From contig DVMC01000066.1 in NCBI GenBank assembly GCA_018715165.1, forward strand, positions 15,050 through 79,049: a DNA stretch of 64,000 bases, written 5' to 3'. The notes under the pieces were generated by a model, which saw only the letters and a program-made list of their open reading frames with translations, had not been told where the DNA came from and did no database searches. Shown piece after piece: positions 53,303 to 62,973 of this stretch (position 1 is the stretch's first letter; every line of letters starts with the position of its first letter). The DNA comes from Candidatus Limiplasma pullistercoris (GTDB lineage: Bacteria > Bacillota > Clostridia > Christensenellales > Aristaeellaceae). Made by a program: the position numbers and the translations under genes.

Positions 53303-55609
53303 TTATTCCACCGATTTGAGCGCTTCCACCATGTCGATGCCGCGGACCTTGCGCGTCAGCAAGAGCTGAATCAGCAGGCTGAACACGTAGGTGACCACGC
53401 TCGCCAAAATCACCGACAGCACCGCCGGGCGGCTGGGATAGGCCAGCGTTTCCGATTCGCAAACCTTGAGCACCAGGCCCGTCAGGCCGATGCCGGGCAG
53501 CACCCCGCACAGCACGCCCAGGAGGCTGACGATGTTGTTTTCCCCGATGATCAGGCCTCGGATTTCCTTCTGATGATAGCCAAGCACCTTGAGCGTGGCG
53601 TATTCGCGGGTACGTTCGGAAAAGTTCATCAGGCCCATGTTATAGCAGATCACAAAGGCCAGCGCCAGCGCGATCAGCGTGATCATGGCGAAGATGGAGG
53701 CCAGCATATCCAGCATCTTTGTCAGTTCCTCCGCCTGATCCACGGGCCAATTGAGTTTATCCACTTCCTCCATGGCGTCCAGCTCGTCCAGGCAGGTTTG
53801 CGTGGGACCCTTGATCAGCAGCGCGGTGGGCGTAAAGTCGCCCTTGCGCAGGCTTTCCCAGGTTCCGCTTTCCATGTACAGGCCCTGGGAGACGCTGTTG
53901 TATACGATTTGCGTGATCGTGATGCGCGCGGGCTCATCGTCGCCGGGGAAGAACAGCTCCAGCGCATCGCCCACGGAAACCTCCAGCGTATCCGACAGCT
54001 TTTGGGTGATGGCGGCTCCGACGGGCAGGATGTCCACAAGCGTTTCGTTTTTGCCCACGCGCAGCATCGTCTGCCCCGGTTCCACCACGGTGAGCAGCGT
54101 GGTGCGGCTTTCGCTGGCCGACCGTGCGCTCACCGATTTTTCCATGATGCATTCCACGCCCTCGGCGGGCAGGCGCCGGCGGTAGCTGTCCGCCGAGTCG
54201 GCCTCGCCGATCAGGTCGGCGCGCACATCATAGCACAGCGCCTTGGTATAGTGGTTTTCGGCCAGTGCATTGACCGAATCCTGCAATCCCAGGGAAGCGA
54301 TGATCAGCGCGTTGCAGCACAGCACGCCCACGAAGGACATGATGGTGCGCATGCGGTTGCGCATGAGGTTGCGCACAACCATTTTGGTATTGAAGTTGAA
54401 CCGCCGCCACAGGAAACCCACGCGCTCCAGCAGAATGCGCCTGCCCGCCTTGGGCGGCTTGGGCCGGAGCAGGTCAGCGGTGGTTTCGCGCGCGCTCTTT
54501 TGATAGGTGTAGAGGCAGATCAGCACGCTCATCACCACGGTGAGCGCCACCATGGCCCACGCCTCGCGCGAGATGGCGGGATACAGCTTGTAGGGATATT
54601 CGTTCTGCCCCAGCAGCAGCGCCCAGATCACATTGGGCAGCAGCGCATGTCCGGCCACCACGCCCAGCAGCGATCCGATCAGCGAGGGCCATATGGCATA
54701 GGCCAGGTAGTGCCCGCGGATACGCCGCGAGGGATAGCCCAGCGCCTTGAGCGTGCCCAGCTGCAAGCGCTGGTTTTCGATCATGCGGGTCAGCGTGGTC
54801 ATCACGATGAGCGCGGCCACCGCATAGGCGATGAGCGGGAACACCAGCGTGAGGTTGGAAAACATGTCGGCATTGCTCTGCGCATTGGCTGTGCTCTGGT
54901 GTGCGCGGCGGTTGACCACCAGCGCCGTGGGCAGCGCGGCCTCGATGGCGTCCTCCGCCTGCCCGGCGTCCACGCCCTCGGCGAGCTTCACCAGCACCTG
55001 CGTCATGGGCAGATCCGGCATGCCGCAGGTATTGATGAGAATATAGCCGTACTGGTCGGGATTGGGATATACCCCGTCGGTCACGCAGATGAACTCCGGG
55101 CTGTAGACCACGCCCCGCACCACAAAGCTGTATTCCTGGCCGGACAGCTTCACGCCCACGCGGTCCCCGACCGAAAGGCCGTGCGCCTGGGCAAATCCCG
55201 CCTGAATCAGGCATCCGCGGGAATCCGTCTGGGTGAGCGCCTCGCCCTGGACCACCAGCGGCTGGTTGATGCGCATGGCGCCGTCATAGGCCGTCACATT
55301 CAGCGTGGGATTGCCGGGCAAGGTGCTTTCCAGCTCCGCCGTGGCGCGCGCGCATACGTCGCTCACCCCGCTGATGGCGCGGATTCGCTCCAGGGTATCG
55401 CGGTCCGCGCTGGGCACGCTGACCCAGAAATCCGCCAGATTGTTTTGGGCGAAGTAGGTATCAATCGTGCCCTGCGCCAGCCGCGCCGTACCGTCCAGCC
55501 CGGCAAACATGAACGTGCCCAGCGAACAGAGCATCACAATGGCAAAAAACTGCATGCCGGACCGGCGCATGTCGCGCACCAGCTTTTTTCCCAGAGCGCT
55601 CATGGCCAT
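53303..55609 (-). CDS. FtsX/MacB-type ABC transporter permease (two FtsX modules, about 10 transmembrane segments) with no adjacent ATPase gene
   Basis: 768 aa. The N-terminus KLVRDMRRSGMQFFAIVMLCSLG is typical of the family. Two FtsX-like 4-transmembrane bundles with large extracytoplasmic domains. Confidence 0.9.
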   Translation of the reverse strand: MAMSALGKKLVRDMRRSGMQFFAIVMLCSLGTFMFAGLDGTARLAQGTIDTYFAQNNLADFWVSVPSADRDTLERIRAISGVSDVCARATAELESTLPGNPTLNVTAYDGAMRINQPLVVQGEALTQTDSRGCLIQAGFAQAHGLSVGDRVGVKLSGQEYSFVVRGVVYSPEFICVTDGVYPNPDQYGYILINTCGMPDLPMTQVLVKLAEGVDAGQAEDAIEAALPTALVVNRRAHQSTANAQSNADMFSNLTLVFPLIAYAVAALIVMTTLTRMIENQRLQLGTLKALGYPSRRIRGHYLAYAIWPSLIGSLLGVVAGHALLPNVIWALLLGQNEYPYKLYPAISREAWAMVALTVVMSVLICLYTYQKSARETTADLLRPKPPKAGRRILLERVGFLWRRFNFNTKMVVRNLMRNRMRTIMSFVGVLCCNALIIASLGLQDSVNALAENHYTKALCYDVRADLIGEADSADSYRRRLPAEGVECIMEKSVSARSASESRTTLLTVVEPGQTMLRVGKNETLVDILPVGAAITQKLSDTLEVSVGDALELFFPGDDEPARITITQIVYNSVSQGLYMESGTWESLRKGDFTPTALLIKGPTQTCLDELDAMEEVDKLNWPVDQAEELTKMLDMLASIFAMITLIALALAFVICYNMGLMNFSERTREYATLKVLGYHQKEIRGLIIGENNIVSLLGVLCGVLPGIGLTGLVLKVCESETLAYPSRPAVLSVILASVVTYVFSLLIQLLLTRKVRGIDMVEALKSVE

Positions 55610-55643
55610 GGGCGCGCTCCCCCCTTCGGCGGCAAATCATTTA

Positions 55644-55667
55644 AAAACAAAATATGGAATTTGTTTT
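55644..55667. promoter_or_regulatory. Palindromic operator candidate 1 (AAAACAAA-N8-TTTGTTTT), probably the TetR site
   Basis: Perfect 8-bp inverted repeat in the leader of the FtsX-TetR transcription unit. Confidence 0.5.
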
Positions 55668-55702
55668 CAGCATGTCCAAAAGAAAAACGCGGACGCGCAT
55701 CT

Positions 55703-55728
55703 GAAAACAAATCTACTCTTTTGTTTTC
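55703..55728. promoter_or_regulatory. Palindromic operator candidate 2 (GAAAACAAA-N8-TTTGTTTTC), probably the TetR site
   Basis: Perfect 9-bp inverted repeat with the same half-site as candidate 1. It lies immediately downstream of the predicted -10. Confidence 0.5.
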
Positions 55729-55736
55729 ATGTTGTT

Positions 55737-55765
55737 ATTATAAGGGATTTGCCCCGGCAAGTCAA
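55737..55765 (-). promoter_or_regulatory. Sigma-A-type promoter (TTGACT-17-TATAAT) for the FtsX permease-TetR unit
   Basis: Minus-strand ttgact at 55765-55760 and tataat at 55742-55737, with a 17-nt spacer. Confidence 0.6.
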
Positions 55766-55813
55766 TGCAGAGGCAAAAACGTTACAATTCGTTCACGGTT
55801 GCAAAAAAAGCGC

Positions 55814-55842
55814 TTGACAGATACCCCATAGGGGTATATAAT
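55814..55842 (+). promoter_or_regulatory. Sigma-A promoter (TTGACA-17-TATAAT) of csoR-copA
   Basis: Consensus hexamers with an exact 17-nt spacer. CsoR box 1 occupies the spacer. Confidence 0.75.
55821..55839. promoter_or_regulatory. CsoR operator box 1 (ATACCCCATAGGGGTAT)
   Basis: GC-rich palindrome of the ATACCCC..GGGGTAT type known for Firmicute CsoR operators. It overlaps the promoter spacer and -10. Confidence 0.7.
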
Positions 55843-55846
55843 TCTC

Positions 55847-55865
55847 ATACCCCCATGGGGTATAT
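55847..55865. promoter_or_regulatory. CsoR operator box 2 (ATACCCCCATGGGGTAT)
   Basis: A second copy of the same palindrome 26 bp downstream, covering the predicted transcription start region. Confidence 0.7.
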
Positions 55866-55888
55866 CATTCAGGAAACGGGGTGTCGCT

Positions 55889-56191
55889 ATGACCCATGAG
55901 CCCACCTGCTGCCATCGTACCAAAGAGCGCAGCGAGGCCGAATACAAAAGCCTGATTCACCGCCTCAACCGCATTGAAGGGCAGATTCGCGGCATTCGGG
56001 GCATGCTGGAAAAGAGCGCCTACTGCCCCGACATTCTGGCGCAGGCCGCCGCCGCCAACGCCGCGCTCAACGCCTTCGGCCGCGAGCTGCTGGCACAGCA
56101 TATCCGCACCTGTGTGGCGCAGGACATCCGCAGCGGAAAGGATGAAACCATCGACGAGCTGCTCGACACCCTGCGCAAATGGATGCGCTAG
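55889..56191 (+). CDS. csoR: CsoR-family copper-sensing repressor
   Basis: [19 protein letters not shown]....YCPDIL.Q..A.......L...HI..C contains the W-X-Y-Z Cys/His/Cys ligand pattern. 100 aa. Confidence 0.9.
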   Translation: MTHEPTCCHRTKERSEAEYKSLIHRLNRIEGQIRGIRGMLEKSAYCPDILAQAAAANAALNAFGRELLAQHIRTCVAQDIRSGKDETIDELLDTLRKWMR

Positions 56192-56211
56192 ACCCGGAAA
56201 GGAGAACTGCG

Positions 56212-58707
<2,496 letters not shown>

Positions 58708-58727
58708 GCCGGTCTGGCAGACGCTAA

Positions 58728-58771
58728 GGCGCGGCGGGATGCAAAACGCTCCCGCCGCGCCTCTGTTCTTG
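58728..58771. terminator. Terminator between convergent copA and the pentapeptide-repeat gene
   Basis: ggcgcggcggga ... tcccgccgcgcc forms a 12-bp stem followed by tctgttcttgtt. Confidence 0.7.
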
Positions 58772-59431
58772 TTAGGAAACGATCTCCACGCCCAGCAGCC
58801 CGGCCAGCTCAATGACCTGCGCCGCCGTGACCTTCGCTCCGCGCAGGTCGTAGAGCGAGATGCTCCATCCACCGATGCGGCAGGTGGTCATGTCAAGGCC
58901 CGCCAGCGGCGTGCGCGCCCACTGCGCGCGCTCCAAATCCGAATGGGCAAAGCGCGCCTTGAGCAGCCGCACCTCCGACCACAGGCTTTCCCGCAGGCGG
59001 CATTCGGAAAACTCAACACGGTCCAGCTTGCACTCCGCAAAGGAGGCGTAATCCAGCATGCATCCGTCAAATGCCGCGTTCATCAGCGCGCCCCGCATGA
59101 TCTCAAGCCCCGTCATGCGGCAACCCCGAAAGCGCACCCGCTGAAACGCCGCGTTCACAAGCCGCGCGTTGCTCCATTCGCATTTATCAAACGTGCAGTC
59201 CACAAAGCTGATGCGCTTGAAATCGTTGTCGCCGAACCGGCAGCGCTCAAAGGCGCACCCCCGCACGTCCAGCGTTATGCCTGAAAGGCCGTCCAGCTCT
59301 CCATCCGCAAAGCGCAGGTTTTCCAGGTCCCCGTCTCCGGCCAGCGCCGCGGCCGCCGCCTGCGCAAGAAAAGCCCCCTGCGCCGGCCGCGCAAACAGCA
59401 CCGGCTCCGAAAGCCGCCATTCTTCCTTCAT
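58772..59431 (-). CDS. Pentapeptide repeat protein, Qnr/MfpA-like in size and layout
   Basis: 219 aa. GGAGG lies 7 nt before the ATG at 59431. It has continuous A(D/N)LXX-type repeats (CAFERCRFGDNDFKRISFVDCTFDKCEWSNARLVNAAF...). The C-terminal tail LRGAKVTAAQVIELAGLLGVEIVS resembles Qnr-family dimerisation tails. Confidence 0.85.
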   Translation of the reverse strand: MKEEWRLSEPVLFARPAQGAFLAQAAAAALAGDGDLENLRFADGELDGLSGITLDVRGCAFERCRFGDNDFKRISFVDCTFDKCEWSNARLVNAAFQRVRFRGCRMTGLEIMRGALMNAAFDGCMLDYASFAECKLDRVEFSECRLRESLWSEVRLLKARFAHSDLERAQWARTPLAGLDMTTCRIGGWSISLYDLRGAKVTAAQVIELAGLLGVEIVS

Positions 59432-59515
59432 GCCCCATCCTCCCCTTCTCAAACCTTATTATACGGGTTTGGGACGCTGCCGCGCAAGGAGCAGCAGCTT
59501 GAGAAAAATCATTCG

Positions 59516-59544
59516 TTGTCATTCCGGCGCATGCATGCTATAAT
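59516..59544 (+). promoter_or_regulatory. Sigma-A promoter (TTGTCA-17-TATAAT) of pfkA
   Basis: Hexamers at 59516-59521 and 59539-59544 with a 17-nt spacer, 42 nt upstream of the ATG. Confidence 0.65.
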
Positions 59545-59585
59545 AACTACCATAAACAGGTATATTCAGCAAGGAGGAAAAAGCG

Positions 59586-60659
59586 ATGAAGCGCAGAATC
59601 GGCATTCTGACCAGCGGTGGCGACTGCCCCGGCCTCAACGCGGCTATCCGCGGCGTGGCGCGCGCAGCCTACGAGCTCTTTGACGCGGAGATCATTGGCA
59701 TCCGCAACGGCTACGGCGGGCTCATCGAGGGCGAGTATCAGGAGATGAGCAAAAAGCAGTTCTCCGGCATCCTTACTCTGGGCGGCACCATTCTGGGAAC
59801 CAGCCGTCAGCCGTTCCGCAACATGCGGGTGATTGACGAGCGCGGCGTGGACAAGGTAGCCGCCATGAAAAAGACCTACAAGGATCTCAAGCTCGACTGC
59901 CTGGTGACTTTGGGCGGCAACGGCACGCACAAGACGGCCAACCTGCTCAGCGAGGAAGGGCTCAACGTGATCGGTCTGCCCAAGACCATCGACAATGATA
60001 TCTATGGCACCGATTTTACCTTTGGTTTCCACACGGCGGTGGATATTGCTACCGAGGTCATCGACCGCATCCACACCACGGCCACCAGCCACGGCCGCTG
60101 CATGGTGATCGAAATCATGGGCAACAAAGCGGGCTGGCTGACGCTGTATTCGGGCCTGGCGGGCGGCGCGGACGTGATTTTGCTGCCCGAGGTACCCTAC
60201 GATATCGAAAAGGTGGCCGAGGCCGTGGAAGCCCGCGCCAAGAGCAAGAAGGCGTTCAGCATCATCGCCGTGGCCGAGGGCGCCATGAGCGAGGAAGAGG
60301 CCAAAATGAAGAAGAAGGAGCGCGAAGCCTACCGCGCCACGCTGCCCTATGACTGCATCAGCAAGCGCATCGCGGCGCAGCTGAGCGAGATGGTGGGCGT
60401 GGAGGCACGCCATGTGGTGCCCGGCCACATCCAGCGCGGCGGCAGCCCCAGCGCCTATGACCGCGTGCTCTCCACGCAGTTTGGCGTGCATGCCGCCGAG
60501 CTCATCCGCGATGAAATCTACGGCGTGACCGTGGCCCTGGACGGCAACGAGATCATCCACAACAAGCTCAAGGACATCGCGGGCGTGCCCAAGCCGGTGC
60601 CCAAGGACGACCATGTGCTGGTCACTGCCCGCAACATGGGCATCTGCATGGGCGACTGA
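59586..60659 (+). CDS. pfkA: 6-phosphofructokinase
   Basis: IGILTSGGDCPGLNAAIRG, LGGNGT, PKTIDNDI, MGNKAGW, PGHIQRGG. Confidence 0.95.
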   Translation: MKRRIGILTSGGDCPGLNAAIRGVARAAYELFDAEIIGIRNGYGGLIEGEYQEMSKKQFSGILTLGGTILGTSRQPFRNMRVIDERGVDKVAAMKKTYKDLKLDCLVTLGGNGTHKTANLLSEEGLNVIGLPKTIDNDIYGTDFTFGFHTAVDIATEVIDRIHTTATSHGRCMVIEIMGNKAGWLTLYSGLAGGADVILLPEVPYDIEKVAEAVEARAKSKKAFSIIAVAEGAMSEEEAKMKKKEREAYRATLPYDCISKRIAAQLSEMVGVEARHVVPGHIQRGGSPSAYDRVLSTQFGVHAAELIRDEIYGVTVALDGNEIIHNKLKDIAGVPKPVPKDDHVLVTARNMGICMGD

Positions 60660-60678
60660 TCCCGTCTGCGTTTTCAAT

Positions 60679-60722
60679 GGGCGGACGGCTGCTGCGGGCG
60701 CGGCGGCCGCCCGCTTTTTTTT
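60679..60722 (+). terminator. pfkA intrinsic terminator
   Basis: GC-rich imperfect stem (gggcgg...ccgccc) followed by gc and eight T. Confidence 0.6.
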
Positions 60723-60732
60723 GCGGTCGGCC

Positions 60733-60761
60733 TTGCTTTCCCCCTGCAAACGGGGTACAAT
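60733..60761 (+). promoter_or_regulatory. Promoter candidate (TTGCTT-17-TACAAT) for the mgtE leader
   Basis: Hexamers at 60733-60738 and 60756-60761. This leaves a leader of about 220 nt before mgtE. Confidence 0.5.
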
Positions 60762-60769
60762 CATAGCGA

Positions 60770-60915
60770 CAATCATCGAAAGGCAGGTGAGCAGGATGGA
60801 CGGCTGTGACAGTCACGGTCGAAGAACCCTGGTCGGTTGGAGGCGGCGGTCAAACGCCGCTGGCCGAAAGCGTGCGCAGCCGTTCGCCCTGTTGTTCAGA
60901 GCATAAACGGCGCGG
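60770..60915 (+). promoter_or_regulatory. Candidate M-box (ykoK) magnesium riboswitch in the mgtE leader
   Basis: There are partial matches to remembered M-box core elements. AGGUGAGC matches GGUGAGG. ACGGUCGAAGAACCCUGGUC matches AACGUCGAGAGACGCCAAUGGGUC. UGUUCAGAGCAUAAACGG resembles the 3-prime ACAGAAC..AACGA segment. The position upstream of mgtE is the classic M-box context. Confidence 0.4.
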
Positions 60916-60987
60916 GGGCTTCCGGTGTTTTGGCTCGCCTTCAACCGGCTCTTTCCCAGGCAGATCAGGAAGGAGGAGGCGTTGAAG

Positions 60988-62415
60988 ATGGAGCCGAACA
61001 TCCCCGTCATGGAAGAAACCGCCCTGACCCCCAAGCCGGATTATGCGGCGGAGATCACCCGAATCGTCAAAAGCCCCGCGTCGCCCAACGTGATGCGGGA
61101 GCGTCTGGAGGATTATCACGAAAAGGATATCGCCGAGGTGCTGCCCACGCTGACCTCGGCGGAGCGAAAAAAGCTGTACCGCATTCTGGATGCGGATACG
61201 CTCGCCAACATTCTGGAGCGTCTGGAGAGCGCAGAGGCGGCCGAATTTCTTTCGGAAATGGACCTGCGCAAGGGCGCCCGCACGATTGAAAGCATGGAAT
61301 CCGACGCGGCGACGGAGATTCTTTCCGCGCTGGACCGCAAGAAAAAAAGCGATTTGCTCGAATGCATGGACGAGGTCTCCAAAAAGGAACTCGCCCTGAT
61401 GCAGACCTTTGACGACGACGAAATCGGCAGCAAGATGACCACCAACTACATCTCCGTGCGCGACAACCTCACCGTGAAGCAGGCCATGAGCGCGCTGATT
61501 GAGCAGGCCGCCGAAAACGACAACATCTCCACCCTCTTTGTCCGGGACAGCGATGATGTGTTCTGCGGCGCGATTGACCTCAAGGAACTGATCATCGCCC
61601 GGCCGGAGACCGATTTCCATTCACTCATCATGACCTCCTATCCCTACGTGTATGGGCATGAGGACATTGATGACTGCCTTGAATTGCTCAAGGACTATTC
61701 CGAGGACCTCATCCCCGTGCTGGACAACAACAACCATCTGCTGGGCGTGATCACCTCGCAGAACATGGTGCAGGTCGTGGACGACGAAATGGGCGAGGAT
61801 TACGCCCGTCTGGCCGGCCTGACCGCCGAGGAGGACCTGACCGAACCGCTCGCCCAAAGTATGAAAAAGCGTTTGCCGTGGCTGTTTGTGCTGCTGGGGC
61901 TGGGCCTTCTGGTATCCACGGTGGTGGGCGCGTTTGAGCAGGTGGTGTCGCAGCTGACGCTGATCATGTGCTTCCAGTCGCTCATTCTCGACATGGCAGG
62001 CAACGTGGGTACGCAGTCGCTGGCGGTGACCATCCGCGTGCTGATGGATGAAAACCTGACCTTCCGGCAAAAGTTCGGACTGGTGGTCAAGGAGGTGCGC
62101 ATCGGTTCGGCCAACGGCCTGCTGCTGGGGCTGGCGTCCTTTGTGCTGATCGGCCTGTATATCTGGCTGTTCCGCGGGCGCGACCTGATGACCGCCTCTG
62201 CCGTATCGGGCTGCATCGGTATTTCTCTGCTGCTGGCCATGGCCATCTCCAGCGCCGTGGGCACGCTGATTCCCCTGTTCTTCAAGAAGATCAACATCGA
62301 CCCCGCCGTGGCCTCCGGCCCGCTCATCACCACCGTCAACGACCTGGTGGCCGTGGTCACCTACTATGGCCTCAGCTGGATTTTCCTGCTGCAGGTTTTC
62401 CACCTGGCCTCATAA
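60988..62415 (+). CDS. mgtE: Magnesium transporter MgtE
   Basis: GGAGGAGG lies 8 nt before the ATG at 60988. It has an MgtE_N domain, a CBS pair and a C-terminal 5-transmembrane domain with GNVGTQS and PLITTVNDLV motifs. Confidence 0.9.
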   Translation: MEPNIPVMEETALTPKPDYAAEITRIVKSPASPNVMRERLEDYHEKDIAEVLPTLTSAERKKLYRILDADTLANILERLESAEAAEFLSEMDLRKGARTIESMESDAATEILSALDRKKKSDLLECMDEVSKKELALMQTFDDDEIGSKMTTNYISVRDNLTVKQAMSALIEQAAENDNISTLFVRDSDDVFCGAIDLKELIIARPETDFHSLIMTSYPYVYGHEDIDDCLELLKDYSEDLIPVLDNNNHLLGVITSQNMVQVVDDEMGEDYARLAGLTAEEDLTEPLAQSMKKRLPWLFVLLGLGLLVSTVVGAFEQVVSQLTLIMCFQSLILDMAGNVGTQSLAVTIRVLMDENLTFRQKFGLVVKEVRIGSANGLLLGLASFVLIGLYIWLFRGRDLMTASAVSGCIGISLLLAMAISSAVGTLIPLFFKKINIDPAVASGPLITTVNDLVAVVTYYGLSWIFLLQVFHLAS

Positions 62416-62448
62416 GGCCGGTTGCCCATTCCCCATGGAGGTGAAGCG

Positions 62449-62907
62449 ATGAAAAAGGCCGTCGTTATTTATGTATCCGTTCATCATCAGAACACGTTGA
62501 AGCTGGTTCAGGCCGTGGCGGCGCGCATCCAAGCTGATACGGTCAATCTTCTCAAAGATGCTTCTCCCGATCTGGCCGGATACGATTGCGTATTTCTCGC
62601 GTCGGGAATCTACTTCAATACCTTCCACCGTTCCCTGATCGATTTTATCGGGCGAATGACATTTGACGGCAAGCGGGTCTGGCTCTTGTATACCTGCGGC
62701 CTGCGCTACCGGGATTACGCCAGGCCGGTGGCCCGGCTGCTGGCCCGGCAGGGCGCAGCGTATGCCGGCAGCTTCGGCTGCCGGGGCTTCGATACCTACG
62801 GCTTGCTCAAGAAGATCGGCGGCATTGCCAAGGGGCATCCCGACGCGGCGGATCTGGAAAAAGTGGCGGCCTTTGCCGCAGCCGCTGTCAGCGATAGCAC
62901 CTCATAA
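62449..62907 (+). CDS. Flavodoxin-family protein (Flavodoxin_5/HemG-like small type)
   Basis: GGAGG SD before the ATG at 62449. MKKAVVIYVSVHHQNTLKLVQAVA...YDCVFLASGIYF...KRVWLLYTCG follows the pattern of this family. Confidence 0.7.
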   Translation: MKKAVVIYVSVHHQNTLKLVQAVAARIQADTVNLLKDASPDLAGYDCVFLASGIYFNTFHRSLIDFIGRMTFDGKRVWLLYTCGLRYRDYARPVARLLARQGAAYAGSFGCRGFDTYGLLKKIGGIAKGHPDAADLEKVAAFAAAAVSDSTS

Positions 62908-62921
62908 ACCGTTTCGAAGCC

Positions 62922-62965
62922 AAAAAGCGTGCGGGAAAGAAACGCTTCTTTCCCGCACGCTTTTT
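62922..62965. terminator. Bidirectional intrinsic terminator between the flavodoxin and hydrolase genes
   Basis: aaaaagcgtgcgggaaagaa/acgc/ttctttcccgcacgcttttt forms a perfect 16-bp stem flanked by an A-run and a T-run. Confidence 0.85.
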
Positions 62966-62973
62966 GCCGTCCA

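Noticed and set aside
53573-55831. 752-aa plus-strand ORF
   Set aside because: It is antisense to the FtsX permease, is Arg/His/Gly-rich, and runs through the intergenic promoter region without a plausible start context.
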